Shown here piece after piece: positions 43,897 to 56,302 of a stretch of DNA of 64,000 bases (position 1 is its first letter; every line of letters begins with the position of its first letter). The notes below the pieces were generated by a model. The model worked only from the letters and a program-made list of their open reading frames with translations, was not told where the DNA came from and did not search any database. A program made the position numbers and the translations under genes. Source of the DNA: Owenia fusiformis (lineage: Eukaryota); the NCBI GenBank assembly GCA_903813345.2, contig CAIIXF020000001.1, positions 7,316,001-7,380,000 of the forward strand. Reading direction: 5' to 3'.

Positions 43897-46800
43897 GTAA
43901 GTGGGATTTATTGTTACGCTACATTTATAGAGTTATATATGTTGCTTCATAATCTGAATGTAATGGGTATAAAGTCCAGTTCTGAATGTTCCACAGGTTT
44001 TTAACTGTACTGTGTCTGGTCCCTGCAGGGAGGGGTAGTAACATTTTCCTGAAACATGCAAATATTTTTGTATTTTTCAAGGGTTCATATACATTGTAAG
44101 TGAAAAGCTAGTAGCATCTTGAGAAATTGTCCCATCATATAATTTTTAATCAGGACACAATGGATATACATATGTATAAATTTAAAAGGACAAAATCCAA
44201 AATCAACCAAAATTTTCAATCAATGCCAAATTTTTCTGAGTTAAATACTTTTAAAAAGTCAAAAAATAAAAAAAAGTTCGAGTTTTCCATTTGAATTCAC
44301 CATAAATAGTAAAACAAAACTTATCGAGTATCATAATTATGAAATAAACCATTATAAAATTACTATAATATTATATTTTGAATGGTGCACACTGACATTG
44401 GTTGAATGTCTAGCTTAAATTAATGAAACTCAACTTTAAAAGTTATAAGGTGTTTTATTGTCTGCATGCAACATACTCCAGATCTTATTCAAGTTAAATA
44501 TAGTAAGTAAATCAACTATTCTAGAGGGCAAAATGCCATGTCATTGTTTGCAGTAAAGCTTTTACTCTCTATTGTATATGAAATTGTCGGCAAAGACTAC
44601 AGTTCAATTCAGCAGTAATGTCAATAAACCCTAAAAAATAAGCAATCAAAAGAACACAGGGCTATATGATATGAAAACACTCAAATTTTACATGAAAAAT
44701 GTTTTCATATGTTGGCTTGCATGACTTTGTCCTCTTATAAAATTAACATGACTGAAACTTCTATTTAATTACAAGATGTTTATTGGATATAAAGCTAGTT
44801 TATCTGAAATAAACAAATGTTTTAAATGTAAAATCTGAATGTATTTTCCCATATAACCATAAAAAACAAAGGATTAGACTGTAATAAAATCAGAATTGAT
44901 GACATAACTTGGCATGATGTCAGCAAATTCTTTGCTAAATTAGTACAACACATGAACAAGAAATGCTCTCCGGACTGGCCAAAACTGTTCCTTGTAGACA
45001 GGTGTTCCCTATAGAGAGGATTCAAGCTTTGGCCAACCAGAATTACCGACTAAGCATTTATAGATGAATTACTGATGGGATATGTCAGAGTTGTTGCTTA
45101 GAACGCTATTCAATTTTTGTCAAGTTTAGAGCATTTATAATCTGAAAATTTGGATCTTGGAAAATTTAGCTCAATATTTCACTAGTTGTTGTCTGCTGGT
45201 TCTTGATAAAGGTTTTCAAATTTTCTGAATAATTTTTTGACATTTTTGAAATCTCAAAGGAGTATCCATAACATTTTTCCTATGGGTTTCCATCAAAATA
45301 GTTTGGAATATTATTTTGAAATGTTTTGGGGGTTGTTCCTCTGTAAACTTTTGGGCATCAGGGTTGCCATTTGTCAGTAAAGTAATTTCTAAGATTTTAG
45401 AGCAATATACTGTTTCATAGATTGATTTATAATTTCTATGGATGTACGGATGTAACTGATAATTATTGGGAAAAATATTAAGGTAACCATTTCAGAATTA
45501 GCTTACTATTTAGTATTTAGATACTGGGTTATCTAGTTCCAATCCCATCTCTATGTTCTGAACCTGAGGGTCTTGGCATCAGATAAGCACTGGGTTGTAT
45601 AACTATTGATACATGACTCAACGGTCTGACAGTCTATGTTGTTCACACATGTTTATAACTATACTTTTATTTTTGGAATATTAGCATTAATACATTAACA
45701 TACAGTTTGTAGCATGGTATGGTATTTTGCAGGCTCCACCAATGACACATTATACACCAAAGAGGTGAAAGGCTTCCTGGATGACCTCTACAAACTTGTC
45801 ATGGATGAGGCCATGGTGAAGGGAACTGACAGAGCTGAGAAGGTTGTTGACTTCAAACACCCTGAAGAATTAAAAGTATGTTCATATATTTCTTCAGTAG
45901 GAGTGTCTACAGATACATCGATACAAGCATTCTCTATCTCATGTAACTGTATTCTCCATATCATAGCACTGTTATCTCTACCTCATGTTCTTTACCTCAT
46001 AGCAGTGAGCACTGTTTTCTCTACCTCATGTAACTGTATTTTCAACTTCATAGCACTGTTTCTCTACCTGATATAACTCTATTCTCAACTTCATAGCACT
46101 GTTTCTCTACCTCATATAACTGTATTTCCAACCTCATAGCACTGTTTTATCTACCTCATGTAACTGTATTCTCTATCTCATAGCACTGTTTTCTCTACCT
46201 CATGTAACTGTATTCTCAACTTCATAGCACTGTTTCTCTACCTCATGTAACTGTATTTTCAACCTCATAGGACTGTTTTCTCTAGCTCATGTAACTGTAT
46301 TTCCAACCTTACAGCAATGTTTTCTCTAGCTCATGTAACTGTTTTTTCAACTTCATAGCACTGTTTCTCTACCTCATGTAACTGTATTCTCAACTTCATA
46401 GCACTGTTTCTCTACCTCATGTAACTGTATTCTCAACTTCATAGCACTGTTTCTCTACCTCATGTCACTGTATTTTCAACCTCATAGCACTGTTTTCTCT
46501 ACCTCATGTAACTGTATTCTCAACTTCATAGCACTGTTTCTCTACCTCATGTCACTGTATTTTCAACCTCATAGCACTGTTTTCTCTACCTCATGTAACT
46601 GTATTCTCAACTTCATAGCACTGTTTCTCTACCTCATGTAACTGTATTTCCAACCTCATAGGACTGTTTTCTCTAGCTCATGTAACTGTATTTCCAACCT
46701 TATAGCAATGTTTTCTCTAGCTCATGTAACTGTATTTTCAACTTCATAGCACTGTTTCTCTACCTCATGTAACTGTATTCTCAACTTCATAGCACTGTTT

Positions 46801-49800
46801 CTCTACCTCATGTAACTGTATTCTCAACTTCATAGCACTGTTTCTCTACCTCATGTCACTGTATTTTCAACCTCATAGCACTGTTTTCTCTACCTCATGT
46901 AACTGTATTCTCAACTTCATAGCGCTATATTCTATACCTCATGTAACTGTATTCTCAACTTCATAGCACTGTTTCTCTACCTCATGTAACTGTATTCTCA
47001 ACTTCATAGCACTGTTTCTCTACCTCATGTCACTGTATTTTCAACCTCATAGCACTGTTTTCTCTACCTCATGTAACTGTATTCTCAACTTCATAGCGCT
47101 ATATTCTATACCTCATGGCACTGTACTTTCAACTTCATAGCACTGTTTCTCTACCTCATGTAACTGTACTTTCAACCTCAAAGCACTGTTTTCTGTACCT
47201 CATGTAACTGTACTTTCAACCTCATAGCACTGTTTCTCTACCTCATGTAACTGTATTCTCAACTTCATAGCACTGTTTCTCTACCTCATGTAACTGTACT
47301 TTCAACCTCATAGCACTGTTTCTCTACCTCGTGTAACTGTACTTTCAACCTCATAGCACTGTTTCTCTACCTCATGTAACTGTACTTTCAACTTCATAGC
47401 ACTGTTTCTCTACCTCGTGTAACTGTACTTTCAACCTCATAGCACTGTTTCTGTACCTCATGTAACTGTACTTTCAACGTCATAGTACTGTTTTTCTACC
47501 TCATGTAACTGTATTCTCAACTTCATAGCACTGTTTCTCTACCTCATGTAACTGTACTTTCAACCTCATAGCACTGTTTTCTGTACCTCATGTAACTGTA
47601 CTTTCAACCTCATAGCACTGTTTCTCTACCTCATGTAACTGTATTCTCAACTTCATAGCACTGTTTCTCTACCTCATGTAACTGTACTTTCAACCTCATA
47701 GCACTGTTTTCTGTACCTCATGTAACTGTATTCTATACCTCATGGCACTGTTTTTTCTCCCTTGTGCAGCTGTATTCTTTCCTTCAAGGACAGTATTTTC
47801 TACCTCATTGAACTGTTTTCAGTACCTCATCGGGCTGTATTTACGACCTCATCTGATGGTAATTTATTACATCATGTGACTGTTTAGACTAGTCACTACC
47901 TCATTGAAATGTACCTCTGTATACTGTACTTGAAATAATTTGAAATAATGACTGTGCCCCATCTATTTTCTATCCTTCCCAAGAATCATTCATTATTCAC
48001 ATGATTATGTGATTATTACATGATTATCTCCTCTGTGACAACTTGCCCTATAAATGTACAATATTTTTCATTTGTAGGCATTGTTGGGCTTAAGTATAGG
48101 GGAGACAGGGGCAACTAATGAGGAATTATTGGAGGCATGTCGAAAGGCTATAAAATACAGTGTACATACAGGTAAGTGGGATTTTAGAATACTTTATATT
48201 CTGTCCAAACCTCTTGTATGTTTGCTAGAGGAGAGTTTAAACAAGAAGGCCATTTTCCTCATTTGCCTCATTTACTTATATGGGAGGGGGTACATTATTA
48301 CCTAACAGGCCCGTAGCCAGGATTTGCCAAGGGGGGGTTCAATTTTCAAAAATTTAAAGGGGGGTTCACATTTGACAATTTTGGCCCAAATTAGGCTAAA
48401 ATCACTTGAGAAGTGCTCAAAATGGTCAAAAACTGCATGATTTTGAAAGAATTTTTGGCCAGGGGCGAACCCCCCCTGGCTACGGGCCTGCCTAACATAT
48501 AGCTTATCTAAGTGGTCCAGTGTCTTCACTGGGAGAGACAGTAGTGCACCTTCCATATACCGTATTAATGCTGTAATATCAAAAACGTATTGGAGGAAAA
48601 GAAATATTGAAGGCATTCAGTTAGAGTACATGTAGAAATGACATATTATGGCATTTTTAGCCTGTGGAGCTGAACATAACTGTTTGTGAATTTCAGGACA
48701 TCCTTTGTTTATAAACCAACTTTATTGTGGAGGTGATCCCTATGGAATAGCTGGATCATGGGTCGTTGAGGCTCTTAACACAAATCAGTGAGTATCTCAG
48801 CTATTCATTTGGTCATTTAAAGAAGTGCTTTGGAAACTGAACATGAAAAAGTAACAATGGAGAAATGTTTGGGGAAATGAATCTTTTTAATATGTACAGT
48901 ATAAGAAGGACAGCAACTGGAAAGCCAAAATAGTATGTGCTTGTACGTACTAATTTGTTGGTAAACACAATGTGATATGCTTATGTGTTGGTGATCTAGA
49001 ATAACACAAATGCTTGTACATGTATTTTGTTCATTTCAGACATACATATGAAGTTGCCCCAGCATTCATCCTCACAGAGGCATTCATTGTGGAGAAAATG
49101 AAAAGTTTTGTGGGATACAAAGGAGGAGATGGCATTTTCTCGCCAGGTGACAAAAACAGCATTTCTACCTAATAAACATCATTCAGCCAAGTCATATTGT
49201 TCATCAGATAGTAGAATTGAAACTTTATGAACAAAGCAAAAACAAAAGTGCCTCTGCATTGATTGCTTGATAGAATTAGAATTCAAAGCCATGATGACTG
49301 AACAATAATTCGATTAATTTTTGTAGAAAACATTAATCAGAAATCCTAAAAATGAAATTAACATTTTTCATGGCATTTTCAATGTTTACACATGTTGTTT
49401 CATATTAATGTACATTTATTTAATAGGTGGCTCCCTGGCTAATATGTTTGGTATACACCTTGCCCGATTTAGCCATGAAGAATCCCTCAACTCAACTGGT
49501 CTCTTCAACTCCAAGAGACTCATGTTATTCACTTCTGATGAGGTAAGTTACTACTATTTTCACAAATGTGTGTCAAATTTAACATTTTTCAAACAAAGCC
49601 ATTGTTTATCATTTCAAAAGAATTCACATTTCATTTCTTCATTTAAATTAAAAAAAAGTTTCACAAACCCTCCTTCATAGCATATGTTAATAATACAATA
49701 TTAGCTAAAGATGTTCAAATATGGAGCCTTTGAGGAGAAACTTGGTAGTCCTGCATTAAACCCTCATTCATGCTATCCACTCCTATTAAACATAGGCTGT

Positions 49801-52800
49801 TAATAAAGTTATAATAGGAGGTGATAGGGACTTGATATTAGACGGTAACATGATTTATTTTAAAAAACTTACTGTTGAAGCATTAGCAATTAAGCTAAAC
49901 TCATTCTAATTTGTGCAACAACAGAATGACTTAACATTGTGGAAGATCAAAGAGCATTACAAGCAATCAAGAAAGGAAATAACATAGAATACAACCGGAA
50001 ACATGAAAAACACACCCCAGTATCCCAAACTATTTTATTTTCAAGTTGTTTGAAATATTGTTAGCATAGTAAATATCAATGATCAATTCCACTTGTTTTC
50101 TTTGCATTCAGGCTCATTATTCAACAAGTAAAGGTAGTTCCTTCATGGGGTTCGGGCGGGACTCTGTTGTCTCAATTAAAACAGACAGCCAAGGTCGCAT
50201 GATGGCAAGTGATCTAGAGGAGAAGGTCAATGAATGTATAGCCAAGGTAAATAGATATTTCTTACAAATAGTACTACTGTATGTTGTAAAGCATACCTTT
50301 TGCCTTGGATATGAAGATTCGGCTACCAATTTCCGCTATTATAATGATGTTCATCATACATAGTATGTATTTTGTGGTGTCATTGTATATTACAGGACTG
50401 TATTCCCCTGTGTCCTGGCCACATATGTGGTACAATTGTATGATATATTATACATTATAGGACTGTATTCCTCTGTGGCATGGCCACATGCTGTACCATT
50501 GTATGACATCATTATATATTAACAGAACTGTATTCCTCGCTGTGTAGTGGCCACATGTGGTACCATTGTATGACATCATTATATATAACAGAACTGTATT
50601 CCTCTCTGTGTAGTGGCCACAGGTGGTACCATTGTATGACATCATTATATACATGTATTACAGGACTGTATTCCTCTCTGTGTAGTGGCCACATGTGGTA
50701 CAACAGTACTAGGTGCCTATGATGATCTTAATGCTATAGCAGATGTATGTGAAAAACACAAGATGTGGATGCACATTGATGTAAGTTGATTTCATGTACA
50801 TTTATTTTGCACAATTGTAAACCTGTCAAAAGATGAACAGGCTAACATGAGGATATGCAGTTCAATACAATTACCACAATTATTATGTCACCACTAGAAG
50901 GGGTGACATATTGTTGTAGTTTCCAATATTTTTGTGGATGGTGTTCAGTGGTTGGTGTGTGTCAGTTGGTGTTCGTTGACTGGTAGTCAGCATCTGTAAC
51001 AAATGGCAGGTGGTGGCATTTTGCATGTTAATGCTTTAACCTTGTTCCTTTCAAATATGATTCAGAACATGAGATTTGATATTTGGGGGGTCTTATTGCA
51101 AAACTGTAATGCTATCAACAAGATTGCTTTGACCCACCTCCTCCAATTAAAATTGATTGCATTTTTTGACAAACAGTTATATAATGCAACTTCCTAATCT
51201 ACATTGAATCTCTACTTTAGGCAGCCTGGGGTGGTAGTGCACTTCTGTCGAAGACTCATAGATCACTTATGAGTGGAGTTGAAAGGTACAGTACACAATA
51301 ATTCATAAAATGTGACTTAAATGTTACCTCTCTTACAACCATTACTTTGTTGGTATTCACATCTTTAGATAACCACAGAGACTCGACATCAATTGTATTT
51401 ATTTTGATATAATATGATATCCAATACTTGTGAAACCATGGGCTCTATCTAGAGCCCATGGTGAAACTAAAATAGATGTTTTATAAAACATTAACAATAA
51501 TATTAATAGATGGTATAAAATCATATATTAGATTGCAGACATTAATATTTTATTATTCCAAAAGTACAGTGACAATATCATTAATAGAAGATACCTAAAG
51601 GGGCATATACAATTGTACATGTAATCCACTGCGGTATTTATGAACAAATTTACAAGAAACAAAAACCATGTGTATGTGTATATATTGCAGAAGTGACTCT
51701 ATACTATGGAATGCTCACAAAATGATGAATGCCCAAGTCCAATGCTCAATGTTCCTTGTCAAGGAAAAGGTAATACATGTTGATTTCAATAACAATCATG
51801 CTTTAAAAAACCTTGAAGCTCAGACCAAGAATCAGGAATAAGACAAAAAATGTTTAAAATGCTGTCTAGTTAGCATCGTATCTTCCCCTAGGCCTAGTGT
51901 ACTGATGGGTATTTGTACATGTATATAAAACTGAAGACATACCAGGTTCACAACTAAGTATAAAAGCATGATTGTCACCGTTCAACATATTGGCATTCAG
52001 TCCATTGCCCAATAGCAACCAGTTTTTGTAAGCCCATTGGCAATAGTGAAAATTGGCAGTCAGGTAGTCGTGAATTTTGAACCATGAGACATCGCTACAC
52101 GTGAAGGAAGCCAGGAGCAATGGATGAATGAATGATATATTAACACATGTGATTTTATCAAACATTGCATTACTGCATGCCCATGCCTCAGCCAGTTTTT
52201 AACTCACTAAAGACAAGAAATAAAGGAGTAACATTGATTTTAATGATGTTTTTAACACTTTTATTTCATGACATCATGCAAACTTTTATTTGTTCCAGGG
52301 TCTGTTAGAGAGATGTAATTGTGGTAATGCCACGTACCTCTTCCAACAAGACAAGTTTTATGATGTGTCTTATGATACAGGTATGGGATGGGTCAATAAC
52401 TTTGTCTCTTTTGCCCATAAAGATTTTTAATTCTACATTTAGATTTTTATATCACCATCAAGAATTGGTGACATATTTTAGTAGGCACTACATGTACTCT
52501 CCTTTGTGACCAGCATTCCGTTTTGACATTTGGAATTTGTAACTTTCAGTTTTGTAACCAATTCCAGGTGGTATTATGTTTATGCCTTGTTTCAATTTAT
52601 TCGTTTTCATACTGATTGCATAGCTGACTGACCTATTTCATTGACATGAGTAAAAAAGAAAATCCACTTCTATCCAAATCTCTTTATATTTCAGGTGACA
52701 AGACCGTTCAGTGTGGCAGAAAAGCCGAAGCTTTTAAACTCTACCTAATGTGGAAGGCTAAGGGAGACAAAGGATTTGAGATGCAGATTGATAAAGCCTT

Positions 52801-53846
52801 TGATAATGCAAGGTAGATTTCTGATTGGTCAAACACAGCAAGGGGCAATTTTTGCAATAGTGGCAAAAGAAAAATAGCTCTGGTATTGACAAAGGGTCCC
52901 ACAATAATCCAGATTTTTAAAAAATACTCCCAACAGACCTGATATTTATAAAGCGAGGTGCATTTCTGGTTCTTGCTAGAGTCAGCTTTTACTTTCTAAT
53001 AAACGTTTATGATATAACTCGGGCTAGATTAAGGATAGCAGTAATGCTTTCAAGATTATTTCGATTTACAGGTACTTGACTGAGAAGGTCAGGGCAACAG
53101 AAGGCTTTAGGCCTGTATTACCAGAATTTCAGTGCACAAACATTTCATTCTGGTACATTCCCCCAAGTCTGAGAGGGCAGGAGGAGACACCAGAGTGGTG
53201 GGACAAAATCAGCAAGGTAAGCCTTCATAAAAAATATGTCTCCACCTTTGGAGACGATAACTATCAATTTGTAAACACCTGTGGTGGTGACGTAAAAACT
53301 CAATGTTGATAGTTCAATTGTAAATCTACTGCACATACTGTGTACCAGTGAAGTGAACTGTGTAAAGCTGAACATCCATTTACTATTCTGTTCAATTCAA
53401 TTCAGATTTGAAGAACTTTCCAGTGTTATCTGTGACTCACCTTTTAAAAGTAGTTTGTGCCGAATTACAGTAAAACCTGTCCAAGTGGAACACCTTTGGT
53501 ACCTCTAAAAAGTGTTCCACTTAAAAGGTGTTTATGTATCATTACGTCAATTGATCCCCTTAAAGGTGTTCCACTTCATAGGTTTCACTGTAGTTGCAAT
53601 TGACTGTTTTGAGTCTCCCTGAGAGACATTTTATAGAAATTAGCTTCATGCCTCATCCATTTCCAGGTTGCTCCCAAGATCAAAGAAAGGATGGTCATGA
53701 AGGGCAATATGATGATTGGCTATCAGCCTTTGAAATACAGAAATATGGTCAATTTCTTCCGAGTAATTATCCAAAGTCCAGCGTTGAACTACAAGGATAT
53801 GGACTTTATAGTTGAAGAAATTGACAGGCTTGGCCAGGACTTGTAA
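43890..53846 (+). CDS. GADL1: Group II PLP-dependent acidic amino-acid decarboxylase (CSAD/GADL1/ADC-like), 14 coding exons, 492 aa
   Basis: Exons 43890-43896, 45733-45875, 48078-48171, 48697-48787, 49040-49146, 49427-49542, 50112-50246, 50664-50780, 51221-51285, 51691-51769, 52299-52380, 52695-52812, 53072-53216, 53667-53846 (1479 nt, all GT-AG, phases consistent). Motifs [79 protein letters not shown] versus GADL1 orthology cannot be resolved by eye. Confidence 0.92.
45733..45875 (+). CDS. GADL1: Decarboxylase exon 2
   Basis: GSTNDTLY...[13 protein letters not shown]. Confidence 0.88.
45935..47760 (+). repeat. Intronic minisatellite, 43-44 bp unit (dimer of ~21-22 bp halves)
   Basis: CTACCTCATGTAACTGTATTCT-CAACTTCATAGCACTGTTTCT repeated about 40 times. 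Confidence 0.95.
48078..48171 (+). CDS. GADL1: Decarboxylase exon 3
   Basis: [31 protein letters not shown]. Confidence 0.9.
48306..48490. mobile_element. MITE with 16-bp perfect TIR
   Basis: CCTAA|CAGGCCCGTAGCCAGG ... CCTGGCTACGGGCCTG|CCTAA. Confidence 0.75.
48697..48787 (+). CDS. GADL1: Decarboxylase exon 4
   Basis: [30 protein letters not shown]. Confidence 0.9.
49040..49146 (+). CDS. GADL1: Decarboxylase exon 5
   Basis: [13 protein letters not shown]...GDGIFSP. Confidence 0.9.
49427..49542 (+). CDS. GADL1: Decarboxylase exon 6
   Basis: [15 protein letters not shown]...LMLFTSDE. Confidence 0.9.
50112..50246 (+). CDS. GADL1: Decarboxylase exon 7
   Basis: [15 protein letters not shown]...NECIAK. 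Confidence 0.9.
50380..50701 (+). repeat. ~65-72 bp minisatellite (5 copies) spanning the intron 7/exon 8 junction
   Basis: [acag|(g/a)actgtattcctctctgtgtagtggccacatgtggtac-cattgtatgacatcattatat] repeated; the last copy is the true exon start. Confidence 0.9.
50664..50780 (+). CDS. GADL1: Decarboxylase exon 8
   Basis: [39 protein letters not shown]. Confidence 0.9.
51221..51285 (+). CDS. GADL1: Decarboxylase exon 9
   Basis: [21 protein letters not shown]. Confidence 0.9.
51691..51769 (+). CDS. GADL1: Decarboxylase exon 10 (PLP lysine)
   Basis: [26 protein letters not shown]. Confidence 0.9.
52299..52380 (+). CDS. GADL1: Decarboxylase exon 11
   Basis: [27 protein letters not shown]. Confidence 0.9.
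52695..52812 (+). CDS. GADL1: Decarboxylase exon 12
   Basis: [24 protein letters not shown]...AFDNA. Confidence 0.9.
53072..53216 (+). CDS. GADL1: Decarboxylase exon 13
   Basis: YLTEKVR...[14 protein letters not shown]...ISK. Confidence 0.9.
53468..53590. mobile_element. Short TA-flanked MITE
   Basis: TA|CAGTAAAACCTGT ... ATAGGTTTCACTG|TA. Confidence 0.65.
53667..53846 (+). CDS. GADL1: Decarboxylase exon 14 (stop)
   Basis: [21 protein letters not shown]...NFFRVII...EIDRLGQDL*. Confidence 0.9.
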   Translation, partial: VAPKIKERMVMKGNMMIGYQPLKYRNMVNFFRVIIQSPALNYKDMDFIVEEIDRLGQDL

Positions 53847-54081
53847 GTGCTTTAGGGAGATAGACTTTGAACAGTAAATGTGTATACTATACATATAGTT
53901 ATGTACATGTATATACATTTAGGACATTAAAATGTACATTCATGTATGAATACACATATATTTTACTGATATTACAGCAGGGTATTCAGTATAGGAATCC
54001 TTTGTACAGTCTTATAAAAAACAGTTTATATAATTTATATATTGAATGATCAGACTTTATGTGTGCATGCTGCACCAATTA

Positions 54082-54177
54082 CATCCTCTGAACACAGGCT
54101 TCCAGAACTCGTACATCCTTCTTCCAAGAAGGAAGGAACTTCGTGGATGACGTCTGGAACCCTGTGATCAGAGGATG
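54082..54177. mobile_element. 96-bp hairpin MITE with 9-bp TSD
   Basis: CACCAATTA|CATCCTCTGAACACAGGCTTCCAGA ... TCTGGAACCCTGTGATCAGAGGATG|CACCAATTA. Confidence 0.75.
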
Positions 54178-56024
54178 CACCAATTAACTTATCTGTCAGT
54201 TTATAAATCTAAAGATTAGATACCATGTCTTATAATTTTAGTATTTAATTGATATGATTTTATACTCAACAGCTTTCTGACATGTGCAATATAGATTGAA
54301 TCAATTGTGATATTATTTTTACCACATTAATGTAGTCTGAAAGTGATATCTCACAACATGCTTGATTACTGGATAATAATAATATTGGTTGGAAAATCCA
54401 ACTTGTTGCTTGTAATTTTGTATACATCTGATTCTAGGTCAAAAAGCAACAATAAAATAAAGGGCTGGTGTAATAACTTTCCCAATGTGATTAGAATTAT
54501 TTTTGAATAAAATACAACATAACATTACAAGTTGATTTAATTATTATTACTTTATTGTAGAGTGGTTGTTTTGCATGATGTTTGTGTATGATAATACTAT
54601 ACACATTGAATTTGACAAAGCTTAAATTATTTGTACATTTTATAGAGCATTACATTATTGAACAGGTCTATTCTACACAAATGCACAACTGTAACATAAC
54701 AGCCATGTTGCATTAACCAACACCATGAATGTATTTTCTCAGATTAATTGTTGCATAAATATATGAGGCATTAACATGACAAAATGTCACCAACAGTTAT
54801 TAGAAGTTGCAAGAATTTGTTATAGACACCGAACGCCAACCACATTGGAAGTTGCAAGAATTTGTTATAGACACCGAACGCCAACCACAGTCCACAAAAA
54901 AGTTGGATATAATATCTGGTTTTGACATAGTAATCTATCAACTTAGCCATTTGGATTCACTAGAGTGAGCAGTAACACTGTAAAGATTTAGACCAAGAAA
55001 TGTATTCATGTGTCTAAGTGCCTCTAATTATGTGGAGTGGTCAATCCACTTCCTTAATTATTTTCATGAATTTTTCCCAATGGTTTACATACTTAGATAT
55101 GACATGTTGATGTCCTACGATTTAAGCTGACAAGCTCTGTTCAACATTGTGATCTAAAAATGTTTTGTCATGGAAAAAAGACCTCACCAAAACCTATGTG
55201 GTTTCCTTTCCTATGTGATTTCAATAAAATACTGTAAACAATATTGCCAAACATATAAATAAGCATGGAGTATTAAAAAATTGCACTTTCATTTGGCATG
55301 TAAATGGTTACAATGCATTCCAAACAATTACTTACATTCTCACAGTTTTGCTTTGTAACAATAATACAGAGTATTTACAAGGACATATCATGTATGTAAC
55401 AGATGCTGTTACTTAGAAGCAATCCATTATTGTCCATTATTGCATATTATAGTGTTCAATGTACATCGCACATTTCATATTATACATCTTACATTTTCCA
55501 CATAAGCAGTTAATTGCACAAAATTGTATTGTATTTTCACGCATGTAGCAGCTGGCTACATTGAGTGTGTGTAGCACATTTCATTTGTTTAAAGAAACAT
55601 GTATCCACAATATAATCAACATAAAGAATCATGAGAGTATTAGACTAGAAACAGTGCTAGACAGGAGGAATTCTAGTCCTTGTTCAAATGACCACTGTAT
55701 CAAATGACCACTCAAGAGTGAAATCCTTGATGTATTGTAACATATAGATATATTGCATATATCATACATTCATAATGGATGTGCTAAAATATTTATGGAC
55801 CACATCAGCCTTGTATGGCTTCAGTACAATCATAATCACATTTATACATTAAGTCTTAAAATGCAAAGCACTGTTATGGGACATAAACATTTTACAATGA
55901 GCCATGGATTTACTGTATGTGCGTATAAGGATCATATTTTGGCTTCTATGTCTAGCTCTTCCTTGGATTGATATAAAATCCAGCTAAATTCTGCCAAGAA
56001 ATGGGCAGGATATTATGCATGTCA

Positions 56025-56164
56025 TGCCTGGGTCACATTTGCTCCAATTCATCAGCCAGTGCCCAGCCGAGTGAGTATTCTGTTTGAAATTGTATTCAGT
56101 TTCGAATAAAATACTTAATTGGCTGGGCGCCAGCCAATGAATTGGAGTAAATTTGATCCAGGCA
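56025..56164. mobile_element. 140-bp hairpin MITE, PIF/Harbinger-like
   Basis: TCA|TGCCTGGGTCACATTTGCTCCAATTCAT ... ATGAATTGGAGTAAATTTGATCCAGGCA|TCA. Confidence 0.7.
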
Positions 56165-56302
56165 TCACTTGCTTAAGTTTCAGGTAGGTTGCCATAATCT
56201 CTCAAGGAGGCTTCCCCCATATGATACATTCACGTTTTAAATAATACATACATGTATTTGTCAATACTGGTAAAATCACAAGGAGAGCATGCATATGGAA
56301 TA

